A program made the position numbers and the translations under genes. Shown here piece after piece: positions 11,301 to 23,000 of a stretch of 64,000 nt of DNA; positions within the stretch are counted from its first letter, which is position 1; each line of letters opens with the position of its first letter. Below the pieces are notes generated by a model. That model saw only the letters and a list, made by a program, of their open reading frames with translations. It did not search any database and was not told the DNA's origin. The DNA lies in the NCBI GenBank assembly GCA_905178155.1, contig CAJINV010000014.1, forward strand, positions 778,116 to 842,115, read 5' to 3'. This DNA is from Amoebophrya sp. A120 (lineage: Eukaryota; Protista; Dinoflagellata).

Positions 11301-14162
11301 TCAGCTCCTGACACTTTTTCTCCTCGACGTTGAGCTTTGCCTGCAACCGGTTCTGTTCCAGCAGATCGACGGAGGAGAAGAGGTTTTCCGCTTTGTACAG
11401 CATGGAATTGAAGGACACCGAATTCAACCGGGACCCAAACTATCGTACGACAAAAGTGTTTCACGGTAAGGATTTTGCAAGTTTTGCATCACAAGTTCGT
11501 TCTACAGGATGACAGAGAAAATTTACCATGCAAGCCTCCTAAGGGGAAACACAGCTAAAAATCGAAATCCTCTTTCTTGCATGTGTAGCAAGACAAATAC
11601 TTCTGTGTTCCACTTTATGCATCACAAATTTACAGTGAAACAGTTTTTTCTTGCGATACAAACTGCAAGGACTGCAAACTTTCCTGCGTGTTCGCCACTC
11701 TCGGGTCGACGGTCACGAAAATCACCGTGCGACCCTGCTGCTCCTTGTTGCAGAGCGAGTCCTGCAGCAGGTGGGTCAGTTTGGAATTTCGGTACGGAAT
11801 GTGCGAGATTTTCCGCTCCAGGGCCCAAATGACGTCCTGCAGCGCGGACAGCGATTTGTTGATGTACTGCGCTTCTTTCAGCCGGTCCCCGGTCGCTTCG
11901 GACTTCTTCAGCCGCTCCGACCCCGCTAAGTCAACCAGGGTCAGCTTGGAAGCAGTCCTTGCGCAGTTCTTGTTTTCGTCGTGGACAATCAGCTCCAGAG
12001 AAATGATCAAGTGGCTTCGGCTGCTCCGGTCGTGCACGTTGGTCACGCTGGTGGCCCGGTTTTGCTTGCCAAACTCGAAAATCTGCGTCAGCGAGTCCTG
12101 CATAGAAGTACAACTTTGGGTGGAATTTTTTGTCAGGTCCAGCTCGATCGTGGTGGCGTTCTGCACGACCGTTTTGATGGCTGTACTATTGTTCGCGCCA
12201 TGTTGAGCTCCTGCGGTGGAGTTGTCTGTCCCGTCAGTCGTGGTGATTTTGAGCAAGTTTTTCTCCGACACGTTGGAGGAAGTCCGGTTTTTGCTTTCGA
12301 CGAGGAGATCGCGAATCTGCTCATTGTAGATCTCCAGCAGCTGGATTTTCAGCGACCTAGGACGTCCACCCAAAGTGGATGATGATGATGCTGATCTTCC
12401 CGGGACGACGGTCGTAGCGCAAGTGGTTCTTGTAGCGCTGCTGGCGCAGCCAGGCCCTGTGGCCATGGTTTCGCCCAGGTGGTCGCAGAGGTTGCGAAAA
12501 ATGTGGGAAATGGTGTGCGTTTTGCCGGAGCCCGTGGCCCCGTACGCGATCAGCGCGACATTGAAGCCGTTTTATCCTATGTAAAAACGTCCCCACACCA
12601 GAGCCAAGATGGGAAATCTGCTAGACAAATCAGCCAGCTTTGGTCGTTTGGCATGACAAGTCTGTCCTCGTACGTGTCATCCTGTTTAGGTAGTTCAGCA
12701 GCATCACAGATCTAGCATATCATGCTGATTGTAGCATCACAAATTCCAAAACACGACTAGAAAATGCCTCTCATGGCGCTCCGCATGGCAAACTTTTTTG
12801 GCATGCAGATTTACATGACAACTCTGGGGTGGGGACGTTTTTACTCAGAATACGTTTAAAAAGGAGTTTACCTCCTCCTTGATCGAGTTTTCGTAGATGA
12901 AATCGTCGGTGGTCTGCTCGGGAAACAGCTTGTCGAAAAAAAAGATCTTCGGGTCGCTGGAATTTGTAGTGCCTCCACCGCCACTCTGCTGCCCGATCGA
13001 CGTAGTTCCCCCTCCACTACTAGCACCGTGCAACGTCGTGCTCGAGTGCCGGATTCTTCCCACGGACTTCGAGGTGTTGATATTGTTTTTGTTTCCCGCG
13101 CCGCCGAGCATGCTGCTGTTCCGCGGGCTGAGCGCCGACGCGTCGAACTTGCGCATCTCCGCTGCGGTGTAGGTGTTCGTGCGACGGAGGTGGTCCAGCC
13201 GCTTCTTGCTACCCGAGGAAGATGAACTAGAGCTACTGCTACTGCTGCCACCAGCCGTGGTGCCGGCCACGCCGTTGTGGAGCCCAGACTGCACCTCCGA
13301 AGATGTCGTGCCCGAAGATGATGAGGAAGCTGCTGCACTACTTGAGTGCACTTCCAGTTGCGTTTCCGAAAGGGGTTTGAGGTTGGAGGAGGTGCCCTCT
13401 TCGTTCGGCCGAATCCGACAGAAGGGAATGGAGTTGGGGCAAAAGGTTTAGGTATATTAATATGCGCACAGTTGTTCTTGTGTGTATCTACAAGTACAAC
13501 TTTTTGAGATAACTTTATTCCTAATTCTTCTTCACGAAATGCCCACTACTTCTCCTACGCATGCTTTTGACGGGGAAGACCCCGCGCCGCAGAGTGAGAC
13601 AGCGCCGTCGAACGAAAAGATAACAGCAAAAACAGCAGATGCCTTCTTCGTGGCGTATAGTACTACAATTGCAACTTGTACGACAGAAATGCATTTTTAA
13701 ACCTTTGTGATGTTTGCGAAATTCCATAAAGACACGGATGTTTCCCTTCAAAGCGTGGGCCATATCCATGTACCTGATTTTGACATTGTTGGTTCTAGGA
13801 ACTATTTACGAGTGAAGGCGAAAGCATTGAAACGTCAAATTTTTCAACTCAGATACTCACGGACCTAATGAACCAAAAAGGAACAAAAAGTCCTACATCA
13901 TCTAAAAGGTGATTCACACTCCTACCACCAAAAAGTCCTACATCTTCTTCTCCGAGGTCAGCTGCGAAATGGTCTGCTGCATTTCCACCAGTTTGTCGGT
14001 CGACGCAGCACCACTACCAGCCACGAGCAAGCCGGCGGAGAACGCGTCAGTCAGAGCAGCTGCTGCCGGAACAGGTCCGGCTCCGGACGATCGTGCTCCC
14101 TGTGCCGGTGCCATTCTGCCGCTTGCGCTTGATGATACTCCACCTTGAACGTGCAAATTCAT
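8338..14162 (-). CDS. Kinesin-14 (KIFC/Kar3-like) motor with coiled coil and low-complexity tail; ends approximate
   Basis: LKGNIRVF/CRIRP, FFFDKLF, IAYGATGSGKT (P-loop), EIYNEQIRDLL, SSRSH, LVDLAGSER, HIPYRNSKLTHLLQDSL, SLQFGSR. Joining the Ser/Gly-rich ORFs at 8338-10629 to this gene is inferred. Confidence 0.85.
11048..11299. mobile_element. TIR introner, family D
   Basis: TATAACCCGCTCAGGTGTTACAATCTCAAACGTTACAATAGAA...TTCTATTGTAACGTTTGAGATTGTAACAGCTGAGCAGGTCATA; DR TTCAG. Confidence 0.95.
11441..11658. mobile_element. TIR introner, family F
   Basis: TATCGTACGACAAAAGTGTT...AACAGTTTTTTCTTGCGATA; DR CAAAC; removal gives SLQFGSRLNSV. Confidence 0.9.
12573..12852. mobile_element. TIR introner, family B
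   Basis: TATCCTATGTAAAAACGTCCCCAC...GTGGGGACGTTTTTACTCAGAATA; DR CGTTT; removal gives SFLNGFNVALIAYG. Confidence 0.95.
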
Positions 14163-15345
14163 GGCCGAGCCTTGGGCGTTGGTAAAGTTGGAATGTGAAC
14201 ACGACCCTATGACGCGGGAAAGCTAGTTGTACAGGTTCCGCTTCCAAGCCGGGCCCTCCTTGACGTCGCGTTGACCCTCACCAACCTGGTTCCGTTTTGC
14301 TTGGCGTAGGTGCTACCTCTCCACCGTTAATGAGAGAGCACCTGTAGTCGTCCGCGTGAACCACCACAATGGCCAAGAGTTCTTACGAGAACCGCAACCG
14401 AAACCGCAATAATAAATGAAGAAAGCAGTGCACAAAAGCAGCTGCCTCAAGGCGGCTGGCGAGATCTTGTAAGTACACTTCAGCCGCGTGGTGAGGGTAC
14501 TAGCCGCGAGAAGTCGCAATCTACTTTTTTACGAACGCATTTTTTGCTCTCACCCGAAACGCGAAGAAACGCAAATACTAGCTACGCACCACGATGTTGC
14601 TATAATTCTTCCCCCCGTACATGCGGCCGGTGCTACTGCTACGCAATGCGGGCCATTATTTCCCGACTGGATACATACATTCTGAATTTGTGAAAAATTT
14701 AGCATCTTGTGCCTCATTTGAATCTTGCTCTGTTTGATGTGCCCCCGTGGAAACAAAACCAGAGGGGACAATTTGCCTTCATGTTCCTTCGCTCTCACAG
14801 TTGATGCTGTTGGTCTCTACCTCTGCCCCAAGAAGTGAAGCAGCTCTGCAGCTTCTAATAAAACGACAATGTAGTTCGTTCCTACCGACAACTTCGGCTC
14901 GTTTTGAGGTTTGTTCGTTTTTCTGGAGCACCAGATGTGAGAACTTAAAGGTCCCCTGGTAGCTAGTAGTAGTAGATTGAAATTCTTTAAATTTGTCCTG
15001 CAAAATAAGAGCATCCACATCCTAGCACAATAAAACTCAGAAACGGCGAACACCATGCACGAGGCCATCTCCGTCGCCCAATCACGAGATTAGCAGCTTT
15101 GACTTTCTTCGTTGTGCCTAATCAACGCACAACAAGGGCTCGGTACAAAGGAAGTACTGATTTGCTGCTCATGGCAAGCACCGCTGTTGCTATCTTCATT
15201 CGCTATCGCTTTCGCGTTTTCAATGGGTGCGAAAATGACGATGGGGCCGACCTACTTGCGCGGGTAACAACTAAAACGTGGTCGCTGATAATGATGTCCG
15301 TGGGTCATATAACAGTCAGTGATAGAAAGCTCGCGATCCACATCA

Positions 15346-18300
15346 CTAAAACACCACCTCATTCTCTTCGTCTGTCAGTTTTCGGTGAAACTCATACTCG
15401 GCGACGAAGCGCTTGAAATAACCACTCACCGTCGGTTTGAGCCGTTCCTGCACCCGTCTGGTTGTCTTGTGAATATCCTGCAGGGTCATAGGCTTTTTGT
15501 TCATGTTGCTTCCTGCCGGGTTCATCTTGTAGTGTTTCTGCATGTAGAACAGATTCCGATTGATCCACAGTGCTTGCCGCAGGTAGATTTTGTCCGCAAT
15601 GCCCGCGACGAAATCCAGGTCCTTTTCCTCTATTAGGTCGTGGGGAAAAAAATCCGAGTCGTCAAAGACGTCTTTTTTGCCATGACTCGGCGTCCCATCG
15701 GAAGCAACTTCGTCCATGCGTGCGAGAAAGAGCTCTAACACCTTTTGCCGCAACTTCGAATCAGTTGTAATTATGCCGTTCTTTGCGTCTACTTCTCTTT
15801 CGCCCTTGAATCCCCTTCCGACCAAGTAAACCTCCGAGTTGGTGGGCTTTGAGGCCATGGGTTTCGTGATTTTCAGCTCCTCGAAGAACAAACCGAGGAG
15901 GAGCAAAACCTGCAGCGTGAAGGGCTCGAAAAACGTGTACATCTTGATGCAGAAGTGTTATCAAATGCAAATATGTCTGGGTCTGGAAGAGGTCATGCTG
16001 TTTTTGCATGACACAGAAGGTCTGGCATGGAAGCCTTGGCACGATAGATTTCGAGAATCTTTCGCATTGCCTAATCCGCATGACAAATCCCTTACTTTGG
16101 TGACAGGAAATGGGCAGCTTTTGCTGCCTCTGCATGAGAGCTTTGTGCGTGTTGCGAAATGCGCATCACAAGTTCGCATCCTTCCAGACCCAGACATAGT
16201 TGCAATGCATAAGTGTCCGCCGGGCGCGAGGGAGAGCAGACCGCACACGACTTCGGCGAGCTTCAGTTTCATCTCCACACACTCCTGTTCGGCGTACTCG
16301 TCCACATCGAGGCCGATCCCCGCGTCGCTCGTGTACAAGTGCTGTTTGTTCGACCGGAAAAAGTCTTCGATGAATCGCAAGTTTTGTCTGTCGCAAATGT
16401 CGCCGTTCATGTCTTGTTGATGTTCCTGCGGGACTACAATGTCGAAGCCAACATCTCCGTGTTTTTCGGTTCTTCTCGTAGCTCCCGTAGAAGTTGTACC
16501 GCTCTCCGCCTTCTGGTTCTGCGATGTGGGTTCTTGTAGCAGGGGGACCAAAGTCACGACCAGCTCAGTTCTTCTTGTGGTCTTGTCTTCAGCTGCCTGG
16601 GGTTCAGACACTGGATCTTGCTCCTCGAGCTGGTTGACGCTGTCTCCTTCCTGTTCCTCGAATCCCGCAACCACACCCACGTTCGCAAACATGTCCTTAA
16701 TCTCCGCGTGCAGGAACACGAATCTCTGGTGTGCTGCTGTTTTTCTCACCACCAGTCGCAGCTGCACGGCGGTGGAATGAGTGGTTGAAGATGCGTCTTC
16801 AGTTGTATTATAGGTCGGGCCACGACTGCCAGCTGCAGCCAGCGTGACCGTTTCCACGTGTGTCGCGAACTCCGGGTATAATTCCTTCTCGTTGACCGTG
16901 TTTACCAACGATTTCTGCTGCTCTATCACCTGTCTCAGGCCCTTCTCGTCGCGCAGCCGGAACACCTTTCTTGTGTAATCTTGTTCCTTCGTTTTTGCTG
17001 CAGGTGGTACAACAGGCACGACGCCTGGCGCGGGTGGAGAATCTGCTGCACTTCTTCCTTCTTTCCCCGTTGAAGTAGTTGTACTGGTTGCATTTATCAG
17101 ATTGACCTCCACCACCAGCCTGGTTTGCTGCAGCAGCCGCTCGCACTGCTTGAAAAAGGACTCCCGCATGAGCCACTTGTCCGGGAACCGCTCGTAGTAG
17201 CCCCAGTAGTCCGGCAACCCGGGCGAGTTCGGTCCCATGTCGCCCGGTAAGTATCAAAATGAAAAATCCCCCCTCCCCATATCAAAGTGAAAACTTCTGA
17301 TGCTGATTTGCGTACACAGATCAGCTCTGTATTGCAGAGAGGCATGGCGGCCAGATCCCCAGGCGAGGTCGGGGCGTATGGGTCTAGTTGCTCAGCATGG
17401 CAAACGGCTCCCCTTTGGGCCCAACAGCATGACAAATCGCTTCCAGAATGGGGCGGAAGCTTCTGCCCTTGGCTGCTTGCAAGATAAATGTGATCTGTGA
17501 CCCTAAATCAGCAACACAAATTTTCGGAAACATACCTTTTCAATATGGGGAGGGGGCATTTTTCCTTACGATAGTAAGAGGCTGTTCCCCACCCAGGAGT
17601 AGTGGTCGTAATGGTGGGTGACTTGCCCATCTTTCTTCCCAACATCATTCTGATTTGCACAAAAACTGTTGAGCAACCTGAGCCGGCAGTTGACGGCACA
17701 GAGAAAGCTCCCCGGCAGTTCTGCGTTCGCGAAGTGGCGGAAAGATGAACTAGTGCTCTTGCAAGGTGGTTCGGCATGATCTACGTCCGCTTGGAGGCTC
17801 GTGGCAGCTGCTGCTGCACGACCAGAACTGGCAACGATGAGGTCCTCCTTCACCAGCACCTCGGTCAATTTCAACGCCGCGTTTGAAAACCGCTTCAGAT
17901 TCAGCTCGTTCACCAGCTGCTTTTTGAAGTGCATCAAGTAGACCGCGTCGGTCAGTTTTGCGTAAAACACGTCCATGGTCACCCTTTCCTTCAGTTGCGA
18001 AAGGTCTTCAGTGGTTCTTTTCGCGAAAAAGATCTTGTCCCAGTTTTTCAACACCAGCAAAAAGTCGATCTCTTTCGTCTTCGGATTTAGCACCAGCTCC
18101 CTGTTTCTGTCTTCATTTGATGTTTTGCCGGTACTATCACTATGTAGTAAAAAGGTCGCCAACCTTTCGTCCTTCGTCATATTCAGCTGATATCGGTTGA
18201 TCTTCGTCTTTTCTTTGTTGAGAAGGCCCTTGATGTCCGCGAGCTTCTTCGCGCCGGCGGGTTGATGTGGGGTAGGTGCGGTGCTGCTTGAAGATGGCGC

Positions 18301-18720
18301 AACCGCATGGCTCGAACCCGCCTTTTGATGTCCTTCCTCCAGCAGGGCTTGCAAGAGGCGCGCCCTTTGCGCCTCCGTGTGGAAGGAGGACAAGGCATGG
18401 CCCGCACAGGAGATGTCGTAGGATTGATAGTGAATGTCTTGCTCGAGTTCTCTGACCTCTTCTTCCGTAAGGAAGACGAAAGCGTCTTGCTTCCTTGTCT
18501 CAGCGGCCGGCTCTTTTACTTCTTGCGACGGTTTGATATTTGGTGATGACTTACGTACGGGTACCACGTCGCTTGTCCCTTCATGAACATCAGCCACGGG
18601 AGCTGCACTTATCCGCCTCTTCTTTGTCAGCGGGGCCGAAATTGGAGCATCCTGCTCTTGTGTCGCGAAAACCTGCGTAATCAAACGCGCCGTCACGCTT
18701 GGTGATGAATTATTCGTCAT
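15346..18720 (-). CDS. FtsJ/RrmJ-fold cap-specific mRNA 2'-O-ribose methyltransferase (CMTR2/asfarvirus EP424R-like)
   Basis: K-D-K-E motifs: SNAALKLTE, NAELPGSF, LYTSDAG, GGHFCIKMYT (after insertion removal), ITKPMASKPTNSEVYLVG. Three exons separated by two introners. Confidence 0.85.
15959..16211. mobile_element. TIR introner, family A
   Basis: TATCAAATGCAAATATGTCTGGGTCTGGAAG...CTTCCAGACCCAGACATAGTTGCAATGCATA; DR AGTGT. Confidence 0.95.
17252..17573. mobile_element. TIR introner, family C
   Basis: TATCAAAATGAAAAATCCCCCCTCCCCATAT...ATATGGGGAGGGGGCATTTTTCCTTACGATA; DR GTAAG. Confidence 0.95.
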
Positions 18721-20050
18721 TTGTTCTTTGAGGATATCTTAGGAGGTACGGGGCTGGAGAAACTACATCGAGGCTAAGGCTATTTCAACAACTCTTGCAA
18801 CGATCGCTCTGCTTTGGTGAAGTGAAATTGAAAACTTACGGGAACGGGTGAAGGGCCCAATAAAAAACTTAACTAACTACTGTCGTGCTGTAGGGAAGAT
18901 CTGTCGTAGAGCTGTACTTTGTGCCAGTTTCCGTTTCGACCGTGGCGACATCACGAAAGCATACTCGATACATACAGCGGAGAATATCAACTATTTCGAT
19001 TTTCGCATCAATAGAAACGGACCAGTCTAATAGAAGTAGCAGTGTTATTGGGTACTTCATCGCTCGATCTTTCAATGGACGACTAGGATCCCGATCTTCA
19101 AAAAGCTGCTCAACTTCTTCGTCGCAAGCAGCACCAAGCAGTTTCTGAAAAAGGATCTCCATGTCGATTACTCTTCAGCTGAAGTAGATCTCACGAGAAC
19201 TAGAATTCCCGTGGTGCGTTGCGTTGGCGTTGTAAGTCAGGCGAGCACATGAACCGCAACCGGAACAAAAAAAAGACAAAAATACCAGGGACATCTGCAT
19301 CACACCCGCACGACTTCCAATTCGAACACATATGCTAATATGCTATAGCAAACGCAAATCCACTCCCAACATCCGAAGATCAAATGAGTGCAACTCCCCC
19401 CTGGTAACTAATGGGTTTTGGGAAACTTTTTCACTGTAGATACCTCTGTCCTTACTGTAGCTGCTTCATCCATCTTCAGTTCGGTTCCCTTGAATCATGT
19501 TCAGGTAAGTTCAATGCAAGCAAATACGTACGTAAATCTCGTCCTTGCAGCTGAGATCTAGAAAATGTTGAAAAATTCTTTGACATCGAGCATATACTGT
19601 ACATAACTACATCGTCGCATCTATTCAACAGCACGGAATGCAATTTCATTTGATATCCCGAATGCCCCGTGCTTCGTAATCTCAAGATGAACCACTCCGA
19701 TTCATACGACAACTCCTTTCGTCGCAAGCGTGGTGGTGGTGGTGGGCAGGGGCATTGGATACAATGATGGAATGGCTATGACACATCAAAAAACTGAATA
19801 CATTTGTTCATTTTGACAAAGTATAATTAGGTAGGTATTCATTGCTGGCACCAGCTTCTATGCCGGTGCCGGTGATGCATTTTTTTGCACCAGGATTTCT
19901 ACTTTGCTTTTTGCAAAATACTTCAGATAGGTAAAGGGAGACGGCGCTCGTCGGCTACTTACATCAACATTCTGTAGTTGTAGAGACTTTGGTTACACTT
20001 GTGGCTCATGAGCACAATGTCCTCGCGAAGAGAGTTGTCGTCGGCAGCCT

Positions 20051-23000
20051 CTATTTCTTTTCCGCCACGAACATCTTCAGCATTTTGAACGTGACCGCAA
20101 AACCCCCCGCTACGTTCATGGCTGCAATGAAAACGGCAAACGCGCCCAAAATCGCCGTGCCGTTTATGTTCCCGTCGTTGTTTTCGGAGGACACCATGAA
20201 AATCCCGCCCAAGATGACCTGTGGTGGGTGATGCGGAAATTTTATTTTCATTCTGTTCGTTGTACATGCATGCTACCCCAACATTTGTTCAACTGTACTT
20301 AACTGCAACTGACCCCCTAAAGTTGCGACTCGGAGGACTCTACTCGCAGCATTTTTACCAATTTTTAGGCTTGTTCTTGTTCAAAAAAACGCCACCAACC
20401 TGTCCACTGATCGCGTTACTGACACTCATGAGCGGTGTGTGCAGTGCCGGGTGCACGCCGTAGACGAGCATGTAGCCCACCCAGGCCGCGAGCATGAAGA
20501 CCATCATGAGTTCGATCAGAATCTCGTTGTCCAGGAACGCGACGCCCAGCATGAGCAGTGCGAAGAGGAACATCATGAACTGCGTGGACAGCAAGACCGA
20601 GTTGCCGATCAGCGAGGCCTTCGCGATTTCCACCTTCTTGTCCCCGCTCTTTGCGGTAGGCGGCTTGGGCGGCGCGGACGGCATGGGTGGCGGCGGGCTG
20701 GTGATCACCTTCCCCTCGTACGCGCAAATCACCTGTGTGCACACCACCTCGTCGAGCTCCGGTTTTGGGGCCGCAGGCTCGGCGCCCTCCTCCGCCGCGG
20801 CCGGTTTGTATTCTGTGCAAAAACGTCCGCACCCCAGAGTCAAGATGGGGATCTCGCAACACAAATCCAGAAGCTTTGGGACTCACGCATGACAAGTTCC
20901 TCTCTGCATTGTAGTGCAGTCTAGCAAGTGCAGCCGCATCACAAAGCCATCTACTTATCATGTTTACAGCATCAGAAGTTCCAAAGCGCGACTGGAAATG
21001 CCTCTCATGGGGATGCGCATTACAAATCTACCTACAATTGCAAATCTGCATGACAACTCTGGGGTGGGGATGTTCTGCCGAGAATAGTTTGAGTGTCTGG
21101 TTCGCCACCAGGTTTGGCAGCACGTCCGCGGCGGTGCCTGTCGTGGCGTCCTTCGCTTTCATGACGTGGTCCAGCAGGTTGTACATGTTGTTGGCGTACA
21201 TTTCACTCGCCTGCCGCGCCATCTTGGACGGGAAATCGAGTTCGCCGCAGATCGTCACCGCATTTTCCGTCACGTAGGTCTTGCCCTTCTGCGTTTCGGT
21301 GCAGTTGCCGCCCCCGAGCGCCGCCAGGTCGATGATGACCGACCCCGGCTTCATCTTGTCCAGCATCCACTTCTCAATCAGCTTGGGGCTCGGCCGCCCG
21401 GGGATTGCCGCGGTGGTGATCACAATGTCGCACTGCTCGCACTGCTTCGCGAAGGTTTGCTTCTGCGCCTCTTGGAAGGCCTCGGACGATTCTTTCGCGT
21501 AGCCGCCCGCGCCCGCGCCCTCCTCCTTAAAGTCCACGGTGATCCAGGTGCCGCCCATGGACTCCACCTGGTCCGAAACATCCCGGACGTCCCAGGCGCG
21601 GCACTCCGCCCCCAACGCCACCGCGGTTCCGATCGCAGCGAGGCCCGCGACGCCGGCGCCGAGAACCAGCACCTTGGCGGGCGGATACTTGCCCGCGGCC
21701 GTGATTTCCGGGGCCATGAATTTCCCATACAGGATCGCGCCCTCGATCACCTACAATTAGAATATTGAAGAATGATCAACTGGATGTTCTTGCAAACTGG
21801 TACAACTACACTCATTATCTTGCACAAAAACCCGCAAGAAGATGCAACGCATACGCAACGCAAACATGTACTATCAATGTTCGTACTTCACGTTCGTACC
21901 CCAAGCTGTTGGTACACAAAACAGAACAAGCATCAGCAGTACTTACACCATACTTACCGCTCTGTTCCCGGCAATCTTCGCCTGTGAAGAGAGAACGTCC
22001 AGCTTCTGCGCAATGGTTATGCGCGGAACCGCTGTGACGTCGATCAAATTGATTCCCGCCGCTGCCGCGTTGGCCACGACCTCTTTCCCGTCGGGTAGCA
22101 ACTTTCCGATCCAGGAAACCACCCACTTGCCTTTCAACTTTTCCTCGCACGCTTTCAACTCCGACACCGGGGTGACGGTAAATAGCATGGAGCACTGTGC
22201 TATAGATTGCAAATATGTCTGGGTCTGGAAGAGAGTTAAACTTGTGATGCAAATTCTCCGTGACCCATGAGGTCCGGAATGCGGGACCTAGCATGACAGA
22301 GTCTGTGAGATCTCTGCTATGCCGATCCTGCATGAGAAACTTTCTCCCAACTTGGTCGAAAGTGGACAGCTTTTGGCCCTCATGCAACACAGATTTTCGC
22401 ATTATTCGGATTTAGCATGACAAATTGCATCCTTCCAGACCCAGACATATTTGCAATGCATATGCGCAATCGCCGCGTCCCGGGACTCGCAGACGACTGC
22501 GCCGCATTTCGCATACTCCAGGTCCTGGTACCCCGCTTTGGCGCCTGGATTTTTATTCTAACTTTCATCCTCAATTATGTACCGACTAGGCCTTGGACGC
22601 AAGAAGGGCAATTTTGGCTGAGAGGTTACCACGCTGTGAAGAAGACTCCTAACGTAAAGCCGTGATCATGAGAAGTGCCTTGCAGAATGATAGGTGCGTC
22701 AAATATTCTCGACGCAACGGCCTTTATTCCAGCAATTCATTGCAAACAAAAGCCGCGGAATTTTTGGATTGTTCAAGGCAGGATTCACATTCAACGCGCA
22801 TACGACTAAAAATAAAAAATAGCCACTTTTTATACCAGCTCCCGGCTGCATGACAACCTTGACGTTTGCTTTGGTCAATTTGGACACCACGCTTGGCACC
22901 AGCGCCACGCGCTTTTCCCAAGCCTCGCTGTCCTCCGCGACTAGGCCGACCGTGAGACCGGGCTCCGTTGGCGGGGAGAGCGTTACCTCCTCTTCCACCT

